Part shown: positions 37,082 through 46,304 of the stretch, piece after piece
Position numbering within the stretch: position 1 is the first letter of the stretch
How the letters are laid out: each line of letters opens with the position of its first letter
Assembly (NCBI GenBank): GCA_050261755.1
Contig: JBLNDP010000059.1
Span: forward strand, 2,802 to 66,801
Direction: 5' to 3'
DNA length: 64,000 nt
Source of the DNA: Clostridia bacterium
Lineage (GTDB): Bacteria; Pseudomonadota; Gammaproteobacteria; Burkholderiales; SG8-39
The notes under the pieces: generated by a model
The model's input: only the letters and a program-made list of their open reading frames with translations
Databases searched by the model: none
Told to the model about the DNA's origin: nothing
Position numbers and translations under genes: made by a program

Positions 37082-37835
37082 GATCGGCGGGCTGACGAAG
37101 CGCTTCGGCGGCCTGACCGCCGTGGCCGACGTTTCGTTCTCGATCGGGCGGGGCGAGATCGTCGGCGTCTTCGGGCCGAACGGCTCCGGGAAAACCACGC
37201 TTCTCAGCCTGATCGCCGGGCTCATCCGTCCGACCGCCGGGCGCATCGTGTGGAAGGGCGCGAATGTCGCGGGGCGCCAGGCACACGACATCGCGGCCGC
37301 GGGGCTCGTCAAGACGTTCCAGAACCCGCAGCTCTTCTCCGAGCTCACCGTGATGGAGCACCTGGCGATCGCGGGCCACCTCGCGCTGAAGCGGCGCTTG
37401 GGGGCGCGGCGACTCAAGACGCTCTTGGGCTTTCACCGGATTTCCGATTCGGTCGATGCCCAAGCCAGGCAGATTCTTCGTCTATGCCGCCTGGATTCCG
37501 CGCGCGACGCGCTCGCGGCCGAGCTCTCCTACGGGGAAGAGAAGATGCTCGGCGTCGGCATGGCGCTCATGTGCGAGCCCGAGCTGCTCCTGCTCGACGA
37601 GCCCGCATCCGGCCTGGGCGCCGCCGAGATCGCGAGCCTCGAGGCGGCGCTGCGCGAGCTGAAGGCGGGGGGCATGACGCTCTGCATCATCGACCACAAG
37701 ATCGACTTCCTCGGCAAGCTCGCCGACCGCGCGATCGGTTTGCATCATGGCGCAAAGATCGCCGACGGCACGCCGCGCGAGGTGCTCCAGGACCCGGCCG
37801 TCGTGATGGCTTACCTCGGGCGCGCCCATGCTTGA
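37068..37835 (+). CDS. ABC transporter ATP-binding protein (LivG-like)
   Basis: Walker A GPNGSGKTT, signature LSYGEEKML, Walker B LLLLDEPASG. A GTG at 37062 is also possible. Confidence 0.9.
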   Translation: MPLLEIGGLTKRFGGLTAVADVSFSIGRGEIVGVFGPNGSGKTTLLSLIAGLIRPTAGRIVWKGANVAGRQAHDIAAAGLVKTFQNPQLFSELTVMEHLAIAGHLALKRRLGARRLKTLLGFHRISDSVDAQARQILRLCRLDSARDALAAELSYGEEKMLGVGMALMCEPELLLLDEPASGLGAAEIASLEAALRELKAGGMTLCIIDHKIDFLGKLADRAIGLHHGAKIADGTPREVLQDPAVVMAYLGRAHA

Positions 37836-38532
37836 GCTCGAGCGCGTGAACGTCCACTACGGCAAGAACCACGTCCTGCGCGACGTGACGCTGTCCGTGG
37901 CGCCGGGCGAGATCGTGGCGCTGATCGGCGCGAACGCCGCCGGCAAGACGACGACGCTGCGGGCAATGCTCGGCCTGAAGGCGCCGAGCTCCGGCGAGAT
38001 TCGCTTCGACGGCGCGCCGATCACGCGCGCTTCGACGCCGGAGCGCGTGCGCCGGCGCCTCGTCCTCGTGCCCGAGGGCCGGCAGGTCTTCGTCAAGTTC
38101 ACGGTCGCCGAGAATCTCCTCATGGGCGCCTACAGCCGTGCCGACCGCGATCGGCCGGAAGCCGACCTCGAGCGCCTGTACGGGCTTTTTCCCCGCCTTG
38201 CCGAGCGCAGGCGCCAGCTCGCGGGATCCATGTCGGGCGGCGAGCAGCAGATGCTCGCCATCGCGCGCGGCCTCATGGCGCAGCCGCGGTGCCTGCTGCT
38301 CGATGAGCCGACGCTCGGCCTCGCGCCGATCATCGTCGAAGAGATCGCGCGCACCGTTCGCCGCCTCGCTGACGAGGGCATGACCATCCTCCTCGCCGAG
38401 CAGAACGCGGCGATGGCGCTCTCGTGCGCGAGCCGTGCCTACGTGCTCGAATCGGGCCGCGTCTCGCTCGAAGGAAACGCTCGCGAGCTCGAGAAGAGCC
38501 CGGCGGTACAGAAGCTCTACCTGGGCACCTGA
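37828..38532 (+). CDS. ABC transporter ATP-binding protein (LivF-like)
   Basis: Walker A GANAAGKTT, signature MSGGEQQML, Walker B LLLDEPTLGL. Confidence 0.9.
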   Translation: MLELERVNVHYGKNHVLRDVTLSVAPGEIVALIGANAAGKTTTLRAMLGLKAPSSGEIRFDGAPITRASTPERVRRRLVLVPEGRQVFVKFTVAENLLMGAYSRADRDRPEADLERLYGLFPRLAERRRQLAGSMSGGEQQMLAIARGLMAQPRCLLLDEPTLGLAPIIVEEIARTVRRLADEGMTILLAEQNAAMALSCASRAYVLESGRVSLEGNARELEKSPAVQKLYLGT

Positions 38533-38568
38533 TTCAACCCGGTTCGCGACTCCGGATCTTTGGCGGCC

Positions 38569-39288
38569 TCAGCCCGGCGTCCGGGCGGGGAGGCTGAAGT
38601 AGAACTTGGCGCCGGCGCCGGGCGAGCTCTCGGCCCAGACGCGGCCGCCGTGGCGCGAGACGATGCGATGGACCGCGGCGAGGCCGACGCCGGTGCCCTC
38701 GAACTCGCTGGGGCCGTGCAGCCGCTGGAAGACGGCGAAGAGCTTTCCGTACTGGCGCATGTCGAAGCCCACGCCGTTGTCGCTCACGCAGTAGACGATC
38801 TCGTCGTCGAGCGGCGTGCCGGAAACTTCCACGCGCGGCGCCGCCTGCTGCGCGCTGTACTTGAGGGCGTTGCCGAGGAGGTGACTCCAGGCCTGCTTCA
38901 GCATGGCTCGGTCGCCGTGCGCCGGAGGCAGCTCCGGCAGGGCGCACTCCACGCTCGCGGCCGGCTTGAGCGCGCCCCAGGCCTCGCTCGCCGCGGCGCG
39001 CATGTCGACCGTGGCGCCGCGGAGCTCCTGCTGGCCGAGGCGCGAGAGCGCCAGCAGGCTGTCCAGCATCGTCGCCATGCGGCCGCTCTGCTCGCGGATG
39101 ATGGCGAGCAGGCGCTGGCCTTCCTCGTCGAGCTGGCCGGCCTTGTCCTGCGCCAGGATGCGCGCGAATCCGTCGATGGCGCGCAGCGGCGCGCGCAGGT
39201 CGTGCGAGACGCCGTAGGTCAGGCTGTCGAGCTCGCGCTTGAGCGACTCGATCTCGGCGGCGAGGCGCTGCGCTTCTTCGTCGCTCAT
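38569..39288 (-). CDS. sensor-less cytoplasmic histidine kinase (HisKA + HATPase_c only)
   Basis: Short coiled coil, then H-box GVSHDLRAPL, N-box LLGNALKY, G1 DNGVGF and G2 GTGVGL. No transmembrane or sensory domain. 4-nt overlap with the upstream SRAP gene. Confidence 0.85.
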   Translation of the reverse strand: MSDEEAQRLAAEIESLKRELDSLTYGVSHDLRAPLRAIDGFARILAQDKAGQLDEEGQRLLAIIREQSGRMATMLDSLLALSRLGQQELRGATVDMRAAASEAWGALKPAASVECALPELPPAHGDRAMLKQAWSHLLGNALKYSAQQAAPRVEVSGTPLDDEIVYCVSDNGVGFDMRQYGKLFAVFQRLHGPSEFEGTGVGLAAVHRIVSRHGGRVWAESSPGAGAKFYFSLPARTPG

Positions 39289-39905
39289 CCGGCCAGCGCC
39301 TCGATGAGCTCCGGCCCCTCGGCGCGCGAGCCGTTCACGAGCTTGCTGACCGGGTGGTAAAGCAGGTCCGGATTCTCCGGAGGCAGCGCGCCCGTGGCGA
39401 GCCAGCGTTCCTGCGCGGCTTCGTCGAGGACGATGGGCATCCGGTCATGCACCTGCGCGATCGGCGCGGGCGCTCCGCGCGTGAGGAGCGCGCACGTGAG
39501 CTTTCCCTGGTAGAGGGAAAACAGCGCGGCGATGCAGGAGAGGCGGCCGTCGCTGCGCGCGAAGTAGAAAGGCTGCCGGTCCTTCTCGCGCCACTCGTAC
39601 CAGCCGACCGCCGGCATGAGCGCCCGCGCCCCGCGCATCGCGTCGCGCCAGAGCGGCTTGGAAATGGCTTCTTCCGAGCGCGCGTTGTGGGCCAGGCGCG
39701 GCGGAGCCGGCTGAGTCCACCAATGAGGAATGAGGCCCCAGCGCGCAATCCTTAACTCAAGCATTTTTTCTCTAAGAAGCAGAACCGGGACTTCGGTTCC
39801 CGGCGAGACGTTGTAGCGGGCGGGGAAGGGCGTGCCCGGGGAGCGGCGGAGCTGCCATTGCCGCTCGATCGAGGCGCTGTCGGGGCTGACGTAGCGGCCG
39901 CACAT
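39285..39905 (-). CDS. SOS response-associated peptidase (SRAP/YedK family)
   Basis: Internal Met of ORF 39285..39983. N-terminal MCGRY with the catalytic Cys2, plus RWGLIPHW, NARSE and HDRMP. Confidence 0.9.
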   Translation of the reverse strand: MCGRYVSPDSASIERQWQLRRSPGTPFPARYNVSPGTEVPVLLLREKMLELRIARWGLIPHWWTQPAPPRLAHNARSEEAISKPLWRDAMRGARALMPAVGWYEWREKDRQPFYFARSDGRLSCIAALFSLYQGKLTCALLTRGAPAPIAQVHDRMPIVLDEAAQERWLATGALPPENPDLLYHPVSKLVNGSRAEGPELIEALAG

Positions 39906-39958
39906 GGACCGGCGATTGTACGGCCGGGGCGGGCACGCCTCCTGCCTGTGGGTTCGCC

Positions 39959-40189
39959 GTGCACCGGTTCCTCGCAGCGGCATGCATCGGGCTCGCGGGA
40001 TGCGCTTCCCGGCAGCCCGCCATCGACCCGCCCTACACGCTGCGCGACGCGCAAGGATTTCCCATACAGGAAAAGAAATCCCGGGCGGTCGTCGTGGATC
40101 GCTACATCCTCACGCCGTCGGCATCCGCGGGGGCGAGCGCGCCGTCCACCTCTACCGCCGTGATTCCGGTCGACCCGGACGCGGAGTAG
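39959..40189 (+). CDS. hypothetical lipoprotein (76 aa)
   Basis: GTG start. Lipobox LAGC in MHRFLAAACIGLAGCAS. No other motif. Confidence 0.45.
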   Translation: MHRFLAAACIGLAGCASRQPAIDPPYTLRDAQGFPIQEKKSRAVVVDRYILTPSASAGASAPSTSTAVIPVDPDAE

Positions 40190-40192
40190 GTC

Positions 40193-40675
40193 CTACTTCG
40201 CCCGCCGCCAGACCGCCTCGAGCGCCGTGCCCGGCGTGGCCGAGGCGCTGGGACTCGTGTAGCGCAGCTCGTCCTGGGCGACGCTGAACTCGCGCACCTG
40301 TGTGGTGTTGTTCCAGTTCGGAAACGTGCTCGCTTCGATGTGCCAGGTGAAGGTTCCCTGGCGCTCGTTCACGGCGTAGCGGCCGGTGTGGGCGAGGGTG
40401 CCCGCGACGACGGCCCGGTTCTCGTCGTCCGTGCCGCGGTCGCGGCTGTTGGCCGCGAAGCGCGGCAGGCCCGAGCGCGCCATGAAAAGCGAGTAGTGCC
40501 CGTCGGCGGTGAAGATGAGCGTGCCGTGCGGCTCGCGGCCGAGCGTGGCGCTCTTGCGGCCGGCCGGGTCGGTGGCGCTGGAGACGAGCTTCCAGGTGCC
40601 GACGAGCGGATTCGACTCCTGGGCCGGCGCGAGCGGCGCCGCCAGCATGCACAACAAGATAAGGACGGCTCTCAA
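40193..40675 (-). CDS. lipocalin-like domain protein, secreted
   Basis: Signal peptide, then GTWKLVS and alternating beta-strand pattern typical of the lipocalin-like (Lipocalin_5) domain. Confidence 0.6.
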   Translation of the reverse strand: MRAVLILLCMLAAPLAPAQESNPLVGTWKLVSSATDPAGRKSATLGREPHGTLIFTADGHYSLFMARSGLPRFAANSRDRGTDDENRAVVAGTLAHTGRYAVNERQGTFTWHIEASTFPNWNNTTQVREFSVAQDELRYTSPSASATPGTALEAVWRRAK

Positions 40676-40699
40676 TGTGCTTCCCCCTTGGGGGGCATG

Positions 40700-42550
40700 C
40701 TACGCGAGATTTTCCTCGAGCCCGAATTCCGGCAGGAAGCCGCCCGACTGGTGGCGCCACAGCTTCGCGTAGTGGCCGTCGAGCGAGAGGAGCTCGGCGT
40801 GGGTGCCGCTTTCCACGACGCGGCCCTTGTCGAGGACGACGAGGCGGTCCATGCGCGCGATGGTCGAGAGGCGGTGCGCGATGGCGATGACCGTCTTGCC
40901 TTCCATCAGGCCGAGGAGCTGCTCCTGGATGGCGAGCTCCACCTCGCTGTCGAGCGCCGAAGTCGCCTCGTCGAGCACCAGGATCGGCGCGTCCTTCAGG
41001 ATGACTCGCGCGAGGGCGATGCGCTGCCGCTGGCCGCAGGAGAGCTTGACGCCGCGCTCTCCGACGTGGGCCGCGTAGGCCCTGCGGCCCCTCCAATCGC
41101 ACAGATCCGCGATGAACTCGTGCGCGTGCGCTTTTCTTGCCGCCGCTTCCACCATGGCGTCGCTGGCGGAGGGACGGCCGTAGCGGATGTTGTCGGCGAT
41201 CGAGCGGTGCAGGAGCGAGGTGTCCTGCGTCACCATGCCGATCGCGGCGCGCAGGCTTTCTTGCGTGACGCGCGCGATGTCCTGCCCGTCGATGAGGATC
41301 CGGCCTCCTTCGGCGTCATAGAAGCGAAGGAGCAGGTTGACGAGCGTCGACTTGCCCGCGCCGGAGCGGCCGACCAGGCCGACGCGCTCGCCCGGCTCGA
41401 CGTCGAGGGTGAGGCGGTCCATGACGCGCGTGCCATCGCGCCGCCCGTAGGAAAAGACCAGGTTCTCGAAGCGGATCTCGCCGCGCGAAACCTCGAGCGG
41501 CTGGGCGCCGGGCTCGTCGACGCTGCCGTGCGGCACGGCGATCGTCTGCATGCCTTCCTGCACCACGCCGACGCTTTCGAAGACGCTGCTCACCTCCCAG
41601 CTCACCCAGGTGGAGGTGTTGATGAGGTGCCAGGCGAGGGGCAGGGCGGCGGCGACCGCGCCCGGGCCGATCTCGCCGTTCACCCAGAGCCATACGCCGA
41701 CGCTGCCGGTCGAGACGAGGAGCAGGGTATTGAGCAGGGTGAGCGAGAACATCGACTTCGTGACCAGGCGGTTCTGCCGCGCGAGCGCCTCCTGGTGGCT
41801 GTCCACCGACTCGCGCACATAGGCGTCCTCGTCGCCGATTCGGGCGAAGAGCTTGACCGTCAGGATGTTGGTGTAGCTGTCGACGATGCGCGCCATCACC
41901 ACGGAGCGCGCCTCGGAGCTCGCGCGCGAGAGCTCGCGCATGGCGGGCACGAAGCGGTAGAGGAAGAAGGCGTAGCCCGAGAACCACAAGAGCGTCGGCA
42001 CGCCGAGGCGCCAGTCGGTGGCGGTGAGCAGCGCCAGCGCGGTGACGCCGTAGGCGCCGATGTACCAGATGCCGCGGATGCTCGCCATGACGCTCTCGCG
42101 CAGCGCGTTGCCGGTCTGCATGACGCGGTTGGCGATCCGGCCGGCGAAGTCGTTCTGGAAGAAAGGCCAGCTCTGGCGCACGACGTGCCAGTGGCTCTGC
42201 CAGCGGATGAGGGCGGTCGCGCCCGGCACGAGCACCATGGTGCGGATGATCATGTCGACGAGCAGCACCGCCGGGCGCACGAGCAGGACGAGCGCGACCA
42301 TGCCGGCGAGGAGCGGCCACTCCTGGCGAAGCGCCCCGGCGCGGTCCGCGGCCGACATGAGCGAGACCAGCTTGCCGAGGAAGAGCGGGATCACCGTGTC
42401 GAGCAGGGCGACGCCGAGGCTCGCCGCAAAGAGCGCCGCGTACCACCCCCTGGTCTGCCTGACGAAGTACCAATAGAACGCGAGCAGCCCCGGCGGCGGC
42501 GCGCCATCGGCGGCGCGCGCCGTGCCCCTGATCTTCCCGAGGAACGACAT
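40700..42550 (-). CDS. ABC exporter, fused permease/ATPase (MsbA-like type I exporter)
   Basis: Internal Met (MSFLGKIRG) of ORF 40700..42736. Six-helix transmembrane domain, Walker A GRSGAGKST, signature LSCGQRQR, Walker B ILVLDEATS. Confidence 0.9.
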   Translation of the reverse strand: MSFLGKIRGTARAADGAPPPGLLAFYWYFVRQTRGWYAALFAASLGVALLDTVIPLFLGKLVSLMSAADRAGALRQEWPLLAGMVALVLLVRPAVLLVDMIIRTMVLVPGATALIRWQSHWHVVRQSWPFFQNDFAGRIANRVMQTGNALRESVMASIRGIWYIGAYGVTALALLTATDWRLGVPTLLWFSGYAFFLYRFVPAMRELSRASSEARSVVMARIVDSYTNILTVKLFARIGDEDAYVRESVDSHQEALARQNRLVTKSMFSLTLLNTLLLVSTGSVGVWLWVNGEIGPGAVAAALPLAWHLINTSTWVSWEVSSVFESVGVVQEGMQTIAVPHGSVDEPGAQPLEVSRGEIRFENLVFSYGRRDGTRVMDRLTLDVEPGERVGLVGRSGAGKSTLVNLLLRFYDAEGGRILIDGQDIARVTQESLRAAIGMVTQDTSLLHRSIADNIRYGRPSASDAMVEAAARKAHAHEFIADLCDWRGRRAYAAHVGERGVKLSCGQRQRIALARVILKDAPILVLDEATSALDSEVELAIQEQLLGLMEGKTVIAIAHRLSTIARMDRLVVLDKGRVVESGTHAELLSLDGHYAKLWRHQSGGFLPEFGLEENLA

Positions 42551-42637
42551 CCGGCTTTCCCTTCGACGCGGTTCTAGGGCCGCGTGTATTTCGAGCCGCC
42601 ATTCTACCGTGCGCGGCGGCGCCGGTAGCATTACGGC

Positions 42638-44689
42638 ATGGCCGTGCGACTCGCCGCCGACATCGGCGGAACTTTTACCGACATCGTCCTGCAGCGCGGA
42701 GCGGAGCGCTGGACGCGCAAGCTCCTCACCACTCACGCCGCGCCCGAGCGCGCGATGCTCGAGGGCATCGCCGCCGCCCTAGACGAGGCGCGCTTGCGCC
42801 CGGCTGACGTCGAGGTGCTCCTGCACGGGACGACGCTCGCGACGAACGCGCTCATCGAGCGCAAGGGCGCGCGCACGGCGCTCGTCACCACGTCGGGGTT
42901 CCGCGACATCCTCGAGATGGGATACGAGAAGCGCTACGAGCACTACGACCTCGATCTCGAGCTCCCCGCGCCGCTCGTGCCGGCGGAGCTGCGCTTCCCG
43001 GTGCCGGAACGCATGGATGCGCGCGGAAAGGTGGTGCAGGCGCTGGACGAGACTGCTTTCGTTCGTCTTTCTTCTTCGCTTAAGGAGAAAGACGTAGAAG
43101 CTGTCGCGATCGGCTTCCTGCATTCCTACGCCAACCCCACGCACGAGCGGCGCGCGGGCGAGCTGCTGGCGAAGCTGCTTCCCGGCGTGCCGGTCACGCT
43201 TTCGAGCGAGGTCTGCCCCGAGATCCGAGAGTACGAGCGCTTCTCGACCGCCGCCGCGAACGCCTACGTATTGCCTCTCATGGCAACGTACTTGGTGAAC
43301 ATCGAAGAAAAGATGCGTTCGCTCGGCTTCCGCTGCCCGCTCTACCTCATGACCTCGGGCGGCGGCCTGACGACGGTGGAGACGGCGCGGCGCTTCCCGG
43401 TGCGGCTCGTCGAGTCCGGGCCGGCGGGCGGCGCGATCCTCTCGGCCGGCATCGCCCGGGACACCGGCCATGACGAGGTGCTGTCGTTCGACATGGGCGG
43501 CACGACGGCGAAGATCTACTTCATCTCGCAGGGGCAACCGGAGCAGTCGCGCCGCTTCGAGGTGGCGCGCGTCTGGAGGAACCTCAAGGGCAGCGGCCTG
43601 CCGCTGCGGATCCCGGTGACGGAGATGGTCGAGATCGGCGCCGGCGGCGGCTCCATCGCGCGCACCGATGCGCTCGGCCGCATCGCGGTCGGGCCGCAAA
43701 GCGGGGGCAGCGAGCCGGGCCCGGCGTGCTACGACCGCGGCGGCACGGAGCCGACGGTGACCGATGCAGACTTGGTTCTAGGTGCGATCGATCCAAGAGG
43801 TTTCCCCTTCGCCTTGAGCGCCGAGAGGGGCCGCAGGGCAATAGAAGAAAAGATCGCTGAAAGACAGCACCTCACCGCCGAATGGGCGGCGGCCGGAATT
43901 TGCCGGATGGTGGAGGAGAACATGGCCTCGGCGGCGCGGGTGCACGCCATCGAGCGCGGCCGCACGCCCGAGCGCTGCACGATGATCGCCTTCGGCGGCG
44001 CGGCCCCGTTGCATGCGGCGCATCTTTCCCGATTGCTGAATATCAGGAAGATCATCATTCCCAAGGATGCGAGCGTCGGCTCGGCCATCGGCTTCCTGCG
44101 CGCGCCGTTCGCTTACGAGCTCGCGCGCTCGCTCCTGCAGCGCGACGACGCCTTCGATCCGCAGGCGGCCAACCGCCTCATCGCCGAGATGGCGCAAGCG
44201 GGCCAGGCGATCGTTGCCGCTGGCGCGCCCGGTGCGAAGATCGCCGTCCGCGCGAGCGTCGAGATGCGCTACCTCGGCCAGGGGCACGAGATCATGGTCG
44301 CGCTCCCTTCGCTGCAATTGGCTGCGGCGGACGCCGAGGCGCTGAGAGCCGAGTACGAAAAGCGCTACGAGGCGCAGTACGGCGTGCGGGTGCAGGACGT
44401 GCCGGTCGAGTTCCTGACCTGGAACGTCGTGGCCACCGCCGAGGCGCCGCCATGGCAGGAACCCGATTTCCATACGGTTGGAAGGGCTGGAGGGAGAAGG
44501 CGAGTTTTCGACCCGGCCTTGGGCGACTGGTCGGAATGGATTGAAATGAAAAGAGAATCGTTGAAGGCTAGCGAGTGGCATACTGGCCCCGTGCTGGTGA
44601 CCGAGGCGCAGACGACGACGGTGGTGCCGACCGGCTGGCGCGTGCAGGCGGGCCGCGGCGGCCACTTGCTCCTGGAGCGGACGACATGA
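42638..44689 (+). CDS. hydantoinase/oxoprolinase family protein, A subunit (HyuA-like)
   Basis: N-terminus RLAADIGGTFTDIV, plus HGTTLATNALIER and SFDMGGTTAK. Confidence 0.9.
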   Translation: MAVRLAADIGGTFTDIVLQRGAERWTRKLLTTHAAPERAMLEGIAAALDEARLRPADVEVLLHGTTLATNALIERKGARTALVTTSGFRDILEMGYEKRYEHYDLDLELPAPLVPAELRFPVPERMDARGKVVQALDETAFVRLSSSLKEKDVEAVAIGFLHSYANPTHERRAGELLAKLLPGVPVTLSSEVCPEIREYERFSTAAANAYVLPLMATYLVNIEEKMRSLGFRCPLYLMTSGGGLTTVETARRFPVRLVESGPAGGAILSAGIARDTGHDEVLSFDMGGTTAKIYFISQGQPEQSRRFEVARVWRNLKGSGLPLRIPVTEMVEIGAGGGSIARTDALGRIAVGPQSGGSEPGPACYDRGGTEPTVTDADLVLGAIDPRGFPFALSAERGRRAIEEKIAERQHLTAEWAAAGICRMVEENMASAARVHAIERGRTPERCTMIAFGGAAPLHAAHLSRLLNIRKIIIPKDASVGSAIGFLRAPFAYELARSLLQRDDAFDPQAANRLIAEMAQAGQAIVAAGAPGAKIAVRASVEMRYLGQGHEIMVALPSLQLAAADAEALRAEYEKRYEAQYGVRVQDVPVEFLTWNVVATAEAPPWQEPDFHTVGRAGGRRRVFDPALGDWSEWIEMKRESLKASEWHTGPVLVTEAQTTTVVPTGWRVQAGRGGHLLLERTT

Positions 44690-46275
44690 ACGCACCGCTG
44701 GACATGCGCGCGGCGCTCGAGCGCCAGGTGATCTGGAATCGCCTGATCGCGGTGGTCGAAGAGCAGGCGCAGGTGCTCCTCAAGACGGCGTTCGGGGCGA
44801 TCACACGCGAGGCGGGGGATCTCTCGGCCGGCGTATACGATCGCCGCGGGCGCATGCTCGCGCAGGCGGTGACCGGCACGCCGGGCCATGTCAACACGAT
44901 GGCGGCGGCCGTCGCGCACTTCCTCGACCGCTTCGACGTCGAGGCGATGAAGCCGGGCGACGTCTACGCCACGAACGATCCGTGGATGGGCACCGGGCAT
45001 CTCTTCGACTTCGTGATGGTCACGCCCGCGTTCCTCGGCCGGAAGCTGGTGGGCTTCTTCGCCTCGACCTGCCACGTGATCGATATCGGCGGCAAGGGCT
45101 TTACGGCCGACGCGACTTCCGTCTACGAGGAAGGCCTCTTCGTGCCGCACATGAGGATCGTCGAGGCCGGCAAGCCGAACGCCACCTTCTGGGACATCCT
45201 CGCGGCGAACGTACGCGAGCCGGCGCAGGTCAAGGGCGACCTGCTCTCGCTCATCTCGTGCAACGCAGTCGCGGCAAGCCGGCTCGAGGCCATGATGCGG
45301 GAGTTCCGCCTCGAGTCGCTCGACGCCATCGCCGACTACATCGTCGATACCTCCCGCGCGGCGATGCAGGCGGCGATCGCCAAGCTGCCGCGCGGCACCT
45401 GGCGCGCCGAGATGCCGCTCGACGGCTACGAGCAGCCGATCGTCCTGCGCGCCGCGCTGACCGTGGACGAGTCGGGCATGCACATCGACTACGCCGGCTC
45501 CTCGCCGGCCTCGCGCTTCGGCATCAATTCGCCCAAGTGCTACACCGACGCGTACACGCTGTACGGCGTGAAGTGCGCGGTCGCGCCGGAGGTGCCCAAC
45601 AACGCGGGCTCGCTCAGCGTCGTGAAGGTCAGCGCGCCGGAAGACTCGATCCTCGATCCCAGGCGGCCGCGCGCCGTGACCGCGCGCCACGTCATCGGCC
45701 AGATGCTGCCGGAGCTCATGTTCGGCTGCCTGGAAGGACCGCTGCACGGCAAGGTGCCGGCCGAAGGGGCGGGGAGCATCTGGATCCTCGTCCTCGCCGG
45801 CGGGCCGGAGCTTCCGGGCGCCCCGGCGAAGGCGACCCGCTTCAATGCGATGAGCATCGGCATCGGCGGCATGGGCGCGCGGCCTACCAAGGACGGCCTT
45901 TCGACCACCGCTTTTCCGAGCGGCGTCGGCTCCATTCCGATCGAGGTCACCGAGGCGGCCTCGCCGCTCATCTTCCGCCGCCGGGAGTTCCTGCCCGGAT
46001 CGGGCGGGGAAGGGCGCACGCGGGGCGGCCTGGGTTCTGTCATGGAGCTTGCGAGCACCGAGAATGCGCCGTTCTCCTGTTCCTTCGGCACCTTCGACCG
46101 GCGGCAATTCGCCGCGCGCGGTCGCGCCGGCGGCGGCGACGGGCGGAAAGGCCGCGCCTTCCTTAAGAGCGGCACGGAGCTTCCCGGCAAGCAGACGTAC
46201 GTGATCCCGGCGGACGACGCGGTCGTCCTCGAGCTGCCTGGCGGCGGCGGCTACGGGAGCGCAGGGACGAATTAG
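44686..46275 (+). CDS. hydantoinase B/oxoprolinase family protein (HyuB-like)
   Basis: Internal Met of ORF 44575..46275. ATGA overlap with hyuA. Motifs ITREAGDLSAGVYD, NDPWMGTGHLFD and VKGDLLS. Confidence 0.9.
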   Translation: MNAPLDMRAALERQVIWNRLIAVVEEQAQVLLKTAFGAITREAGDLSAGVYDRRGRMLAQAVTGTPGHVNTMAAAVAHFLDRFDVEAMKPGDVYATNDPWMGTGHLFDFVMVTPAFLGRKLVGFFASTCHVIDIGGKGFTADATSVYEEGLFVPHMRIVEAGKPNATFWDILAANVREPAQVKGDLLSLISCNAVAASRLEAMMREFRLESLDAIADYIVDTSRAAMQAAIAKLPRGTWRAEMPLDGYEQPIVLRAALTVDESGMHIDYAGSSPASRFGINSPKCYTDAYTLYGVKCAVAPEVPNNAGSLSVVKVSAPEDSILDPRRPRAVTARHVIGQMLPELMFGCLEGPLHGKVPAEGAGSIWILVLAGGPELPGAPAKATRFNAMSIGIGGMGARPTKDGLSTTAFPSGVGSIPIEVTEAASPLIFRRREFLPGSGGEGRTRGGLGSVMELASTENAPFSCSFGTFDRRQFAARGRAGGGDGRKGRAFLKSGTELPGKQTYVIPADDAVVLELPGGGGYGSAGTN

Positions 46276-46304
46276 CGTCCGTCGGAGCGGCGCGCGCTGC
46301 TACC

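Noticed and set aside
42638-46275. The hydantoinase A/B pair, considered as acetone/acetophenone carboxylase or a specific N-methylhydantoinase.
   Set aside because: No gamma-subunit or additional carboxylase genes are adjacent, and family membership alone cannot assign the substrate. It is kept as a generic HyuA/HyuB-type ATP-dependent hydrolase.
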